DNA of 64,000 nucleotides, from positions 139,458 through 203,457 of the forward strand of contig OZ006970.1 of the NCBI GenBank assembly GCA_963931065.1. The letters are read 5' to 3'. Below, in pieces: positions 1 through 10,476 of the stretch. The DNA is from an uncultured Bacilli bacterium (GTDB lineage: Bacteria > Bacillota_I > Bacilli_A > RF39 > UBA660). Every line of letters starts with the position of its first letter. The first letter of the stretch is position 1. The position numbers and the translations under genes are program-made. The notes beneath the pieces were generated by a model that was not told the DNA's origin, searched no databases, and worked only from the letters and a program-made list of their open reading frames with translations.

Positions 1-932
1 GGATTCAAATATTCTTGACTAACAGAAGAATACTCTTGATGTTGTGATAAATCATAATTAGTTCTATTATGAGTACCATTTATCTCTCCCCAACCAAAAG
101 GAAATAAATATTCTATATCACATGCCTCTTTAGCATAAAATACTAATTTTTCATGGTCGTGAAATCTAAGTTTATCTTCTGGCAATCCTAAATCCATAAA
201 ATACTTTTTAGCATATTCTTTAAAATATTTATATAATTCACTATCTTCTCCCTCTTTACAAAAAGTTTGATATTCCATCTGTTCAAATTCAATAGTTCTA
301 AAAGTAAAATTACCAGGAGTTATTTCATTTCTAAAAGCTTTACCAATTTGTCCAATACTAAATGGTACTTTCGCTCTCATACTTCTCCCTACATTTAAAA
401 AATTAACATACTCACCCTGAGCATTTTCAGGCCTTAGATAAATAGTATTTTTACTATCATTTGTTACTCCTCTTTTAGTTTCAAACATTAAATTAAATTC
501 TCTAATATCAGTATAATCAGTTCCACCACAGTTAGGACAAGGAACTTTATGTTTCTTAATATAATCGACCATCTCATCTTCACTCATACCATCAGCATGA
601 GCATTAGAATCAAAATCATCAATCAAATTATCAACTCTATGTCTCATTTTACATTTCTTACAATCTATTAAAGGATCAGAAAAACCAGAAACATGGCCTG
701 ATGCTTCCCATACTCTAGGATGCATTAAAATCGCTGCATCTATTTCGTATGCATTTTTTCTTTCTTGTATAAATCTTTTTCTCCAAGTATCTTTAATAGC
801 ATTTTTTATTCTACTACCAACAGGACCATAATCCCAAGTATTAGCAAGACCACCATATATTTCACTACCTTGGAATATGATTCCATATTGTTTACAATAA
901 TTAACTAACTCATCCATCTTAATATTACTCAT
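1..932 (-). CDS. glyQS: glycine--tRNA ligase (dimeric GlyQS type), 3' end truncated by window edge
   Basis: Minus-strand translation from ATG at 930-932 gives MSNIKMDELVNYCKQYGIIFQGSEIYGG... including the class II aaRS motif FRNEITPGNFTFRTIEFEQME. Start overlaps the LOG stop by 1 nt. Confidence 0.8.
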   Translation of the reverse strand, partial: MSNIKMDELVNYCKQYGIIFQGSEIYGGLANTWDYGPVGSRIKNAIKDTWRKRFIQERKNAYEIDAAILMHPRVWEASGHVSGFSDPLIDCKKCKMRHRVDNLIDDFDSNAHADGMSEDEMVDYIKKHKVPCPNCGGTDYTDIREFNLMFETKRGVTNDSKNTIYLRPENAQGEYVNFLNVGRSMRAKVPFSIGQIGKAFRNEITPGNFTFRTIEFEQMEYQTFCKEGEDSELYKYFKEYAKKYFMDLGLPEDKLRFHDHEKLVFYAKEACDIEYLFPFGWGEINGTHNRTNYDLSQHQEYSSVSQEYLN

Positions 933-1510
933 TATCTTACTTTTCCCCTCTCTAAAGTATCTTTATTAACTTTATTCTCAGCTTTTTCTAAATACATTGC
1001 TAACTCTTCTATATTTTTAGCCTCATCAAAATATAATTTATAACTACTATCTATAAGTCCTTCTTTTCTTTTAACTTCTAAGTCTTTAAGTATATAATTA
1101 TACATACCACTCTCATTATATAAAATTAAAGGTTTCTCTTCTTTAGTTTCAATACTATTATTTAAAAATGCCATAAACTCTGATAAAGTACCCATACCAC
1201 CATCTAAGAAAATAATAACATCACTATTTTTATAAATTTCTGCTAATCTTTCAAAAGTAGACGTTACAGACACTTTAACATCAGCCTCAGTTCTAGCAAG
1301 TTCAAAAGAATTACCAACACTTATAAGAAATCTACCATTTTCTCTTATTATTTCCTTAGCATCCATCATAGAGCCAGTTTCCCCTGATCCCATAACAAAA
1401 CTATAATCTTTCATTGTAAGTAATCTAACTATTTTTGAATTATTATCACGAGATTCCAAACTAGCACTATCATAACTTCCACACATAATTCCTACATTCA
1501 TTAAAAACAC
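932..1510 (-). CDS. LOG family protein (cytokinin riboside 5'-monophosphate phosphoribohydrolase-like, TIGR00730)
   Basis: 192 aa with GGMGTLSEF and PLILYN motifs typical of LOG/YvdD proteins. Confidence 0.7.
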   Translation of the reverse strand: MFLMNVGIMCGSYDSASLESRDNNSKIVRLLTMKDYSFVMGSGETGSMMDAKEIIRENGRFLISVGNSFELARTEADVKVSVTSTFERLAEIYKNSDVIIFLDGGMGTLSEFMAFLNNSIETKEEKPLILYNESGMYNYILKDLEVKRKEGLIDSSYKLYFDEAKNIEELAMYLEKAENKVNKDTLERGKVR

Positions 1511-1549
1511 CTCCGATTATACTCCTTGTTCATAAACATATTATATATA

Positions 1550-2500
1550 TTATAATTCTAAAAGTCTAGGTAAAAATATTGATATCCCAATAATTACTGC
1601 AAATATCGCAGCGACAAGTACTGCCCCTGCTGATGCATCTTTTGCAACTTTCGCCTTAGGCTTTTTCTCATCTGTTACAAGATCAACTACATTTTCCAAA
1701 GCTGTATTCATAAGTTCAAGAGATAAAACTAAAGCGAAAAGGACAAAACAAACACCCCACTCAACAAATGTAATTTCAAAGACTATCCCTGCTATTATAA
1801 CAAGTATCATAACAAGAAAATGAATTACCATATTTCTTTCATGTTTTAAAGTATAAAAGATTCCATTAAAGCCATATGATAATGTTTTAAGTAAAGGTTT
1901 CTCCTTTTCTTTAGGTCTAAATGTCTTTTCAAAAAAGTAAATTAACACTAAAAGAATTATAAATCCTAAAATAACTCCCCCAACTACATCAGTTACATAA
2001 TGAACATTAAGTATTAATCTACTTAAACAAATCAAAACAATTAATGTAGTTAAAAATGTTGTACCTATTACTTTATATTCTTCCTTACATTTACTTCTTC
2101 TGAGTAAATATATCAAAAACCCATAATAAGTAGTTGCAATTAAACTATGTCCGCTAGGAAAACTATAACTTGATAAAAGTTCACTTCCAATTAAAGGTCT
2201 CTCTCTTAAAAAGATATTCTTACTTAATATAATAATGCCTGCACTGATTAAGGTATTTATTATTACAAATAATCTTTGATGATTAGTATTAAGTAAGAAT
2301 ATAAGTATAAGAGTAATAATAATTATCGCTTCACTAGATGCAAAAGATGTTATAACATTAGAACACACTGTTAAAAACTCTATCTCATTAGTTGATAATA
2401 TATTATATATATTATAATCTATCACTCCTGTTATATCTAAAAGTACACAAATAGTTAAAATAACAAATAAACTTATAAGAACTATTATTTTCTTCTTCAT
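1550..2500 (-). CDS. membrane protein fusion: N-terminal PAP2 phosphatase (PSGHS motif) plus C-terminal DgkA-like undecaprenol/diacylglycerol kinase
   Basis: 316 aa, multi-TM. N-terminal half has the PAP2 motif SFPSGHS. C-terminal 120 aa (LELMNTALENVVDLVTDEKKPKAKVAKDASAGAV) parallels the standalone DgkA at 7513..7905. Confidence 0.65.
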   Translation of the reverse strand: MKKKIIVLISLFVILTICVLLDITGVIDYNIYNILSTNEIEFLTVCSNVITSFASSEAIIIITLILIFLLNTNHQRLFVIINTLISAGIIILSKNIFLRERPLIGSELLSSYSFPSGHSLIATTYYGFLIYLLRRSKCKEEYKVIGTTFLTTLIVLICLSRLILNVHYVTDVVGGVILGFIILLVLIYFFEKTFRPKEKEKPLLKTLSYGFNGIFYTLKHERNMVIHFLVMILVIIAGIVFEITFVEWGVCFVLFALVLSLELMNTALENVVDLVTDEKKPKAKVAKDASAGAVLVAAIFAVIIGISIFLPRLLEL

Positions 2501-2512
2501 AAAACCACTACC

Positions 2513-3259
2513 TTACTTCAATTTTATCACATTCTTTAACATTTTTTTACTATTTAAATAAATACCAGTATATCTATCATAATAATCTTCTAAAAATTTA
2601 TTTATTTCTTCATTTACTTTAGAATTAACATCTATTTTAGTAATTTTCTCTAAATCAACATAGTAATACATCTGCAGTAGTTTAATTGCTTTTTCACTAT
2701 AATATCCTTCATTTTGATAGCAATCTTTACAAATAAATCCCCCTGCAGTTGGACTTAAACTAACTATATTAGTAGTTTTTCCACAGATTGCACAACCCGT
2801 AACAATTGGACTAACTCCCAAAAAGTCTAAATATTTAAGTTCTAATATATTAGTAATAACACTAGGATTTAACCCTTTTTCTATCTTATCTAAAGCTGAG
2901 GTTATTAAAGTTAATATATCTTTATCTTTAGACTGTTTAACCACTTGCCTTGTAAGATCTAACAAGTATGAGGCATACACTACTTTCTCTAAATCCATAA
3001 TAGTCTTAGGATAATCACTAATAACATCAATACTAATTAAGTTAGATAAACCATTCTCTTTATAATAAAAGTGAAATGTTCCATAAACAAGTTTTCTAGA
3101 AGCACCTCTAAGTTTACTTTTTAAGTTACGACATCCTTTAGAAATAATGCCAATAAGACCATATTCACTAGTCAAAACATTTAATATTTTACTAGAATCA
3201 CTATAATTAGTTTCATTTAAGACTAGTCCCTTCACATCCACTATCTTCATTAACTTCAC
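2513..3259 (-). CDS. recO: DNA repair protein RecO
   Basis: 248 aa with N-terminal OB fold and C-terminal Cys cluster (CAICG...CKDC). Conserved position downstream of era. Confidence 0.8.
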   Translation of the reverse strand: MKLMKIVDVKGLVLNETNYSDSSKILNVLTSEYGLIGIISKGCRNLKSKLRGASRKLVYGTFHFYYKENGLSNLISIDVISDYPKTIMDLEKVVYASYLLDLTRQVVKQSKDKDILTLITSALDKIEKGLNPSVITNILELKYLDFLGVSPIVTGCAICGKTTNIVSLSPTAGGFICKDCYQNEGYYSEKAIKLLQMYYYVDLEKITKIDVNSKVNEEINKFLEDYYDRYTGIYLNSKKMLKNVIKLK

Positions 3260-3384
3260 TTTCCTTTATAGACTTTGCTAAAAGAAAATATCTAATATCA
3301 CCAGTCTTCTTAAATAAATTCCATACTATTTCATAATTATTCATAATCATCACCTATTAATATAATGATTAATAAATAATTTTT

Positions 3385-4275
3385 TTATTCATCTTCACTA
3401 TCAATTCCAAGTTCTATTAAATATTTTTCTTTATCACGCCAATTTTCAATTACTTTAACATGAGTTTCTAAGAATACTTTTTTCCCTAAAAATTCTTCCA
3501 TATCATTACGAGCAAGTATACCAATACGTTTTAACATATTACCATTCTTACCAATAATAATTTTCTTTAAACTATCTTTATCCACTACTATTAAGACTTG
3601 TATATGTACCAAATCATCATATTCTTCAAAGTTCTCCACATAACAAGTAACACTATGAGGAATCTCTTGTTTAGTTAACATCATTATTTTTTCGCGAACA
3701 AACTCACCCATAATAAATTTAGTAGAAACATTAGTAAGTTCATCATTATCAAATATCGCTTCATCTAGTGGCAGATATTTTTTTAATGTCTTAATTAAAT
3801 CATCTATTGCTTTCTTCTTTAACGCAGATATAGGAATAATCTCATCAAAATCATACAATTCTTTCGCTTCATCTATTACTTTAAGTAGTTTCTCACTACC
3901 TACTTTATCAATTTTATTTAGAATCAAGAAGACTTTAGCATCTTTATTTTCTTTAATTTTATTTAAAACAAACCTATCTCCCTTACCAATACCACTGTTT
4001 ACATCTATCAACAAAAGGATAATATCAGCATTATCTATATTCTGATAAGCTTTTTTATTTAAAACACTACCAAGCTTATTCATAGGTTTATGAATACCTG
4101 GAGTATCTATAAAGACAATCTGAGCCTCATCATCTTGATAAATTCCTTGTATAATATTTCTCGTAGTACCTGCTTTATCAGTTGTAATAGCAAGTTTCAT
4201 ATTAAGTATTGCATTTAATAATGTACTCTTACCTACATTAGGTCTTCCCATTATTGATACAACTCCACACTTCAT
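3385..4275 (-). CDS. era: GTPase Era
   Basis: GRPNVGKSTLLN G1 motif, DTPG, NKID, and a C-terminal KH domain. 296 aa. Confidence 0.9.
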   Translation of the reverse strand: MKCGVVSIMGRPNVGKSTLLNAILNMKLAITTDKAGTTRNIIQGIYQDDEAQIVFIDTPGIHKPMNKLGSVLNKKAYQNIDNADIILLLIDVNSGIGKGDRFVLNKIKENKDAKVFLILNKIDKVGSEKLLKVIDEAKELYDFDEIIPISALKKKAIDDLIKTLKKYLPLDEAIFDNDELTNVSTKFIMGEFVREKIMMLTKQEIPHSVTCYVENFEEYDDLVHIQVLIVVDKDSLKKIIIGKNGNMLKRIGILARNDMEEFLGKKVFLETHVKVIENWRDKEKYLIELGIDSEDE

Positions 4276-4320
4276 AAAATTACCTCCTCATATAAATTCT
4301 AATACTAGAATAATCAAATA

Positions 4321-5145
4321 TCATTCTACTTTTACATTTTCTTCATTATGTTCTAAAAAGTTAACATTACTTTCCATCAGTATATTCATTTGTGAAATAG
4401 CTATTTTATTAAGTCTATCTAACCTCTCAGCTTGACTTAATCCATCATTTATAAATACTGAATTCAAATTTTCTAAATTAGCTAAGCAAATTAACTCATC
4501 TATTGTTGCATAATCTCTCATATTTCCTTTCTTTTCCGGATTATTTTTTCTCCATTCTTTAGCAGTCATTCCAAATAATGCCATATTAAGAACATCAGCC
4601 TCTTCTGCATAAATATGATTTATTTGTTCTTTTGTAAGTTTTTTAGGTACTAAATTATTCTTAATTGCATCAGTATGAATTCTATAATTAATTTTAGATA
4701 ATTCTCTTTTGGCACTCCAACCTAACTTTTTTTGCTCAAGAGCTTTTAATCTCTCAAATTCTTTAATAAGTAATATTTTAAATTTTGGACTAATCCACAT
4801 GCCAAACTCAAATGCAATATCTTTATGAGCATATGTTCCACCATATCTGCCCACCTTTGATACAATACCAATTGCATTAGTTTTAGAAGTCCATTCTTTA
4901 ACACTAATCTTATAACTATTTAAACCTGCTTGACTTTTAATTATGGCGAATTCGCCATAATTAAAATTTGGATTATGTATTTCTTCCCAAATCCCTAAAA
5001 ATTCAATCGTATTTCTATTTCTAAGCCAATCTGATACAAAAAAATCACCATCTTTAGATTTTAACATATCAGTTATAGAAATATAATCCTCATCATTGAT
5101 TTTAATATAATTTATTATTTGATTTTCTATTTTTAATTCTGCCAT
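4321..5145 (-). CDS. KilA-N domain protein (phage-associated)
   Basis: N-terminal 100 aa resembles the KilA-N DNA-binding domain. C-terminal region is helical. Inserted between era and a HAD gene, where conserved Firmicute operons carry cdd. Confidence 0.45.
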   Translation of the reverse strand: MAELKIENQIINYIKINDEDYISITDMLKSKDGDFFVSDWLRNRNTIEFLGIWEEIHNPNFNYGEFAIIKSQAGLNSYKISVKEWTSKTNAIGIVSKVGRYGGTYAHKDIAFEFGMWISPKFKILLIKEFERLKALEQKKLGWSAKRELSKINYRIHTDAIKNNLVPKKLTKEQINHIYAEEADVLNMALFGMTAKEWRKNNPEKKGNMRDYATIDELICLANLENLNSVFINDGLSQAERLDRLNKIAISQMNILMESNVNFLEHNEENVKVE

Positions 5146-5203
5146 ATAAGAACTCCTAATTTTCTATTTTATTTACACTCACACTAAAATCCCCTTTACT
5201 ATA

Positions 5204-5848
5204 TTAATTTAAATCTAACAATTCACTAATATCATCAATTTTATAATCAAAGCTTTCTACATCACCAAAACCATAAGCTGCATATACAAAAGGAATACCA
5301 GCTATTTTTGCTCCTGCCATATCACCACTTGTATCTCCAACATATATAGGATTTTGCAAATTATTACGTTCTATAACAAGCTTAATATTTTCTCCTTTAC
5401 TAAGAAGAGTGTTACCATAACTTTCATAATCATCAAAAAAATCCTTAAGTCCACTTGTATTTAAAAAAGATTCAATATATCCTTTAACACAATTACTAAC
5501 AATATATAATTTATATTTTTTACTTAACTTCATAATAGTTTCTCTAGTATTAGGATATAATCTTCCTCCTTCTTTTAACAAGTTTTCCACATTTTTATTA
5601 AAAGCCTCATTAGCATACTCTTCACCTTTTTCTCTTGGAAGATAGCCATAATATATATTAATAATCTCATCAGATGTTTTTCCCATTGCCGACTCGATTT
5701 GTTCTCTTGTAACATCTCTAGTGATATCTTTATGTTCTTCTTTTACAAGACTTGTCGCTTTAAGACAACTATCAACAGTATTCCACAAAGTTCCATCTAA
5801 ATCAAAGATTATTGCATCTATTTTTTCCATGTCTATCACTCTTTTCAA
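5204..5848 (-). CDS. HAD-IA family hydrolase
   Basis: IIFDLDGTLWNT motif I and C-terminal GD(T/S)xxD motif (VGDTSGDMAGAK). Confidence 0.75.
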   Translation of the reverse strand: MKRVIDMEKIDAIIFDLDGTLWNTVDSCLKATSLVKEEHKDITRDVTREQIESAMGKTSDEIINIYYGYLPREKGEEYANEAFNKNVENLLKEGGRLYPNTRETIMKLSKKYKLYIVSNCVKGYIESFLNTSGLKDFFDDYESYGNTLLSKGENIKLVIERNNLQNPIYVGDTSGDMAGAKIAGIPFVYAAYGFGDVESFDYKIDDISELLDLN

Positions 5849-5929
5849 AAAATTTATTTTTCTTCTTTACTCATTTCTTCTAACAACATCAATTCCTAAT
5901 ATTTTTCTATATATTTAACCAAAATATCA

Positions 5930-6925
5930 TTAGTTATTTTTTTCTATTTCCATAAGTTCTATATTCATAATTTCCAAATAATCTTTTTCTGCTCTAGTTA
6001 AATGAGATTGCATATATTTATCATATTCCTCATGAGCTTTCTTTAAAGCCTCTTCATGAGAAACAGAACCAGCATTTGTTAAAATATTTTTTCTAGTCAT
6101 TTTTAAAAATGAATCCAGTTCCATAATCCAATCTTTCATTGTCATCGGATGTCTATCTAAAGCATTAATTTCAGCAACATCTAAATAAGCAGATACCATA
6201 CGATTTAATATATTCAACTCTTCTTCTGTTAAATAGTTTTTAGCAATCTCAGTTTCTTCTCTTGTTGGCATATCTCCTTTAAAATTTGTAAGTCCCAGAT
6301 TGTCTTTATTAGCATCTACCCTGGTGAAAATAACTTCTGCTGCAGTATTACCATGTGCAGCATAGTGCATTTTATTTTGAACTGTTTTAAAAAAATTTAT
6401 TGATATTTCACTTTTTGGATTATAATCAATAGAGGTTGCATAAATATCTAATACTTTTCTCCAAAACACTTTTTCACTACTTCTTATTTCTCTTATTCTA
6501 GCAAGTAATTCTTCAAAATATGGACTTTCTCCATTATTCTTTAGAAACTCATCATTTAAAGAAAAACCTTTAATCATATATTCTTTTAATATTTTTGTTG
6601 CCCATATTCTAAAATCAGTAGCTCTTTTGGAATTAATTCTGTATCCTACAGCAATTATAGCATCCAAATTATAGTGAGTGACCATTCTTTTAACATTACG
6701 TGTTCCTTCTTTTTGAACTGTTAAGAAATTCTTAACAGTTGAACTTTCTTCTAACTCACCACTTTCAAAAATATTTTTCATATGTGACGAAATATTATTC
6801 TTGGTTGTATCAAATAATTTAGCAAGTTCATTTTGACTCATCCAAATTGTATCATCAACTATTGTAGTGTCAACTTTAATCACACCATCTTTTGATGTAT
6901 AAATTACTATATTACTTTTTGACAT
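5930..6925 (-). CDS. RhuM family virulence/phage-associated protein
   Basis: 331 aa with the characteristic YNLDAIIAVGYRINSKRATDFRIWATKIL segment. Confidence 0.65.
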   Translation of the reverse strand: MSKSNIVIYTSKDGVIKVDTTIVDDTIWMSQNELAKLFDTTKNNISSHMKNIFESGELEESSTVKNFLTVQKEGTRNVKRMVTHYNLDAIIAVGYRINSKRATDFRIWATKILKEYMIKGFSLNDEFLKNNGESPYFEELLARIREIRSSEKVFWRKVLDIYATSIDYNPKSEISINFFKTVQNKMHYAAHGNTAAEVIFTRVDANKDNLGLTNFKGDMPTREETEIAKNYLTEEELNILNRMVSAYLDVAEINALDRHPMTMKDWIMELDSFLKMTRKNILTNAGSVSHEEALKKAHEEYDKYMQSHLTRAEKDYLEIMNIELMEIEKNN

Positions 6926-7021
6926 ATTTAAGCACCACCTTCATTGACAATATATTATGCATAATTATAATTAATATTTTTTCTATTTATGTTATTTAAT
7001 ACAACCTAGCAAAACCCTAAA

Positions 7022-7390
7022 TCACATATTATCTTTTAAAACATTAGTAGCCCATCTTCTAAACTGAATTGCTCTATCAGAATTAACTCTATAACCAACT
7101 GAAATAACAGCATCTAAATTATAATATTTTAATTTTCTATTAACTTCTCTATTGCCCTCTTTTTGAACTACCAAGAAATCCTCGGTAGTTGAATTTTTAT
7201 CAAGTTCCATATCATTATAAATATTCTTTAAATGCAACCCTTATCAGAAGAACAATTATAAAGTTCAGCCATCGCTTTTTGTGTTAACCACAAGTCTCCT
7301 CCACGGAATCTAACTTGAATACCTTCACTATGACTTTGTCTTTCAAAAATCAAAAACTAGAGCACTGCTGCTTCTAACAACTAAATTTTT
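7022..7390 (-). pseudogene. degraded second RhuM-family gene (frameshifted remnant)
   Basis: The 71-aa ORF 7022..7237 carries YYNLDAVISVGYRVNSDRAIQFRRWATNVL. An upstream out-of-frame segment (about 7240-7330) encodes RFRGGDLWLTQKAMAELYNCSSDKG, matching the N-terminus of the intact paralog. Confidence 0.55.
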
Positions 7391-7512
7391 CTAAAAGAGT
7401 ATCTCCTCCTAACTTATTATTAAATTTTACTATTCATTATTATGATATACTAGTCTCTTAAAAAGTTTTTTCAAAATTCAAAAAAACTTCAATACTCTTA
7501 GATTTATAATTA

Positions 7513-7905
7513 TTAAAATAATTCCATAATCTTAGGAATAAAAATCATTAAAGCAATAACCGCACTAGTAATTGTCAATATAAACTCTGCCGCACTCGCT
7601 GTATCTTTAGCAACTTTAGCAAGAGGATGAAACTCATTAGTAACAAGGTCAACTGTACTTTCTATCGCTGTATTAAGAAGTTCAACTACTAAAGTTAATC
7701 CAATAATTGCAATTATAATTAACCACTGTATCATTGATGTTTCAAGTAGAAAACTAAGTACTAGCAAAATAACAGTACATACTAAATGAATATACATACT
7801 CTGTTCATTTTTATATGCTACCTTTAATCCATTAAAAGAATTCCTAACACTTGCAAAAATTCTCTTAATACCAAAACTTTTATTCTTTCTATCTAATGAT
7901 GCCAT
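7513..7905 (-). CDS. dgkA: diacylglycerol/undecaprenol kinase DgkA
   Basis: 130 aa, 3 TM, ELLNTAIESTVDLVTNEFHPLAKVAKD motif. Canonical position after ybeY. Confidence 0.8.
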   Translation of the reverse strand: MASLDRKNKSFGIKRIFASVRNSFNGLKVAYKNEQSMYIHLVCTVILLVLSFLLETSMIQWLIIIAIIGLTLVVELLNTAIESTVDLVTNEFHPLAKVAKDTASAAEFILTITSAVIALMIFIPKIMELF

Positions 7906-8347
7906 ATTCCATCAAAACCTCCTCTTGTTTTTTAAACATAACTTCTGCCTCTTCTTTAGTTTCATGATCATAACCTAACAAATGATAAAGCCCATGAACT
8001 GCTAAAAAACATAGTTCCCTCTCCAAAGAATGCCCATACTCCTTCGCTTGTTCCTTTGCTTTATCCAAACTTATATAAATATCTCCTAATAATCTTATCT
8101 CATCAGGAATAACCATACTCTTCTCATCTTCTAAAGCAAAACTAATAACATCAGTTACTCTATCAATACCCCTATATTCTTTATTTAATTTATGAATATA
8201 GGAGTTATCTACAATTATTATACTACAACTTGCCTTTTCTACTTTCTCAGTTTCTAAAGCCTTATTACTAACTTTTTTTATTATATCTTCATATAAAAAC
8301 TCTTCATCTGTCTCATTATAGATAGTAACACAATTCAAATTAAACAC
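7889..8347 (-). CDS. ybeY: rRNA maturation RNase YbeY
   Basis: HGLYHLLGYDH metal-binding motif. 152 aa. Confidence 0.9.
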   Translation of the reverse strand: MFNLNCVTIYNETDEEFLYEDIIKKVSNKALETEKVEKASCSIIIVDNSYIHKLNKEYRGIDRVTDVISFALEDEKSMVIPDEIRLLGDIYISLDKAKEQAKEYGHSLERELCFLAVHGLYHLLGYDHETKEEAEVMFKKQEEVLMEYGIIR

Positions 8348-8391
8348 CAGTCCTTTCTAATGCATAAATTATAACACAGAAAAAGAGAGTT

Positions 8392-8991
8392 TTAAAGTAA
8401 TGTAATTAATCCTATTAAAAGAATAATAGACACTAAATTCAAAAACCACTCTCTTTGTAATACTCTAGGACACATCTCTCCTATTTTTAAAATACCAATA
8501 TATAAATAATGTCCTAATACTCCTCCTACTATATTTAATAAAATATCATCTATATCAAAAACTCTACCTATCATTAATTGTGTAGATTCAATAGTTAAAG
8601 ATGTAACTATAGTTAATATGAATATAGGAAGTAATTTCTTTTCTTTTAAAAAGTAACTAGTAAAAAAACCATATGGTAAAAACATAATAATATTACCTAA
8701 AACATTTTTTAAAAATAATCTACTCCCTAAATCATATCTAAACATCTCTCTAAAAGGAATTAAATTATTACTAGAAATATTATTATTATCTTGAAAAGTA
8801 ACTACCTGAAACAAACAAAGTATATAAATAATAAATGATAGAGCGATTAACTCTTTATAAAAACAAAACTCTTTTTTATTTTTAACTATATCAGCAACTC
8901 TTAAAGTAATTGCAACTACTACTGATATTATTATCATAGGTAAACTAAATTCAAAAACATTACCAATAGTACGTCCTAAACTTGTAAACAT
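8392..8991 (-). CDS. VanZ-like family membrane protein
   Basis: 199 aa, 4-5 TM, with the LPYGFF...GRVFDIDDILLNIVGGVLG pattern typical of VanZ-like proteins. Confidence 0.55.
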   Translation of the reverse strand: MFTSLGRTIGNVFEFSLPMIIISVVVAITLRVADIVKNKKEFCFYKELIALSFIIYILCLFQVVTFQDNNNISSNNLIPFREMFRYDLGSRLFLKNVLGNIIMFLPYGFFTSYFLKEKKLLPIFILTIVTSLTIESTQLMIGRVFDIDDILLNIVGGVLGHYLYIGILKIGEMCPRVLQREWFLNLVSIILLIGLITLL

Positions 8992-9001
8992 AGTATCACC
9001 T

Positions 9002-10180
9002 CTAGTTACTTTCTTCTTCTAATTTTTTATTTGCATCTTCTATATTAAAATCTTTTAAAGATTTATAACTAGTAATATCTTCTTCTACTTTAAAAAAGAT
9101 TTCTATATCTATTCTATCAGTATTCATTTCTTTTTTCAAAACTTTTTCTGAAAGTATCTTAATATCATTACCTAATTTATTTTTTAACTTCTCTACTGCT
9201 AAAGGTTTTATATTATCTTTATAATCTTCCCTAAAATCTATATCAGTAGATTTAATCTCTTCTTTTTTTGTTAAATTAATACTAATAGGTAACAAAGGAT
9301 GTTTATAAAGAACTTTTTTTGTATCTTTTGAATGTTTATATTTATCAAATTCTGTAATAGCAATATCATTACTTAAAAAGCTAATTTCAACTACATTTTT
9401 ATTATTACCAGTTTTTATCTCTTCATGATAAGTAAAAGGTACTGACAGTGATACTTTATACCATACTTCAGCATATACAAAACCCTCTGCCCTAACTTTA
9501 CTAACAATATTATCTTTATTTTTAATAAGACCACTTATTAAAGTATCTCCCTTCTTAACATAAGCATTTTTCTTAGTAATAACTTCCCCACTCTCTGCTA
9601 CAATTCTTGTAACAAGTCCTGTTTTCTTAGCAATAATATCTTGTGGTTCTTTTTCTTTTTTTATATCCTCCTTAACTCTTCTAATAAGTTTAACCTCATA
9701 ACTAACACCAACTTCTTCTATTTCTATCCACTCTAATATATCTTTTTCTTTTTTTAGTATCGCTTCTTCTATTTTTTCTTTTTCTTTATAACTTATTTTA
9801 AAACTATATTTTCTAAGACCTAAATCTTCTAAATCATTTAGTATTCTATCTCTTAATTCACTATCAGTATCAATAACTTTAATTGAAAAGACCATATTAG
9901 TAAGAAGATTAAAAAAAACAAACCCAAGTAAAGCTATTGTTATAAAAATCTTTCTAGTCTTAATAAAATGAACTATATTAAGAAATCCCTTTCTTTTAAG
10001 TATCTCTATTTTATAAGTAGTATTAATTTTTAAAATATTATTATAATCTTCTTCTAATACTTCTATTATAATAAAATCTCTTCCTCTTTTAAGTACTTTA
10101 AAATTAATACTGAATCTAACTAATAACATTAAAAAGGTATCTATTCTCTTACCAGTTATTTTAAGTATATAACTACTCAT
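9002..10180 (-). CDS. yqfD: sporulation protein YqfD (stage IV)
   Basis: 392 aa. Segment GDTLISGLIKNKDNIVSKVRAEGFVYAEVWYKVSLSVPF parallels B. subtilis YqfD. Sits between yqfC and ybeY as in Bacillus. Confidence 0.65.
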   Translation of the reverse strand: MSSYILKITGKRIDTFLMLLVRFSINFKVLKRGRDFIIIEVLEEDYNNILKINTTYKIEILKRKGFLNIVHFIKTRKIFITIALLGFVFFNLLTNMVFSIKVIDTDSELRDRILNDLEDLGLRKYSFKISYKEKEKIEEAILKKEKDILEWIEIEEVGVSYEVKLIRRVKEDIKKEKEPQDIIAKKTGLVTRIVAESGEVITKKNAYVKKGDTLISGLIKNKDNIVSKVRAEGFVYAEVWYKVSLSVPFTYHEEIKTGNNKNVVEISFLSNDIAITEFDKYKHSKDTKKVLYKHPLLPISINLTKKEEIKSTDIDFREDYKDNIKPLAVEKLKNKLGNDIKILSEKVLKKEMNTDRIDIEIFFKVEEDITSYKSLKDFNIEDANKKLEEESN

Positions 10181-10415
10181 ATTTAATCTCCATATTATAA
10201 AGTCTTCCTGATATTAATAACTCTCTATCAGCTAATTTATTTAAAGAAAAATCTCTTCCTTCCAATATTATCTTACAAGATTCAACTTGTATAATTATTT
10301 TATTACAACTAAGCGTTAATATTTTTAGATAATTAGTAATATGAATAAATTTCCCATAAATATCAATATGAAAATCTATAGGATCTAAAAAGTTTCTTAA
10401 ATAATTATAAGCCAT
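10173..10415 (-). CDS. yqfC: sporulation protein YqfC (YabP/YqfC family)
   Basis: 80 aa with the ...ILEGRDFSLNKLADRELLISGRLYNMEI pattern. Overlaps the yqfD start. Confidence 0.6.
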   Translation of the reverse strand: MAYNYLRNFLDPIDFHIDIYGKFIHITNYLKILTLSCNKIIIQVESCKIILEGRDFSLNKLADRELLISGRLYNMEIKYE

Positions 10416-10476
10416 AAAACTTCACCTATAAAATTTTATGTTTTATCTAAGAAAAAAAGAAAAGAAAGATTAATCG

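Noticed and set aside
5721-5918. 65-aa plus-strand ORF
   Set aside because: Antisense to the HAD hydrolase gene and intergenic DNA; no RBS, low-complexity product.
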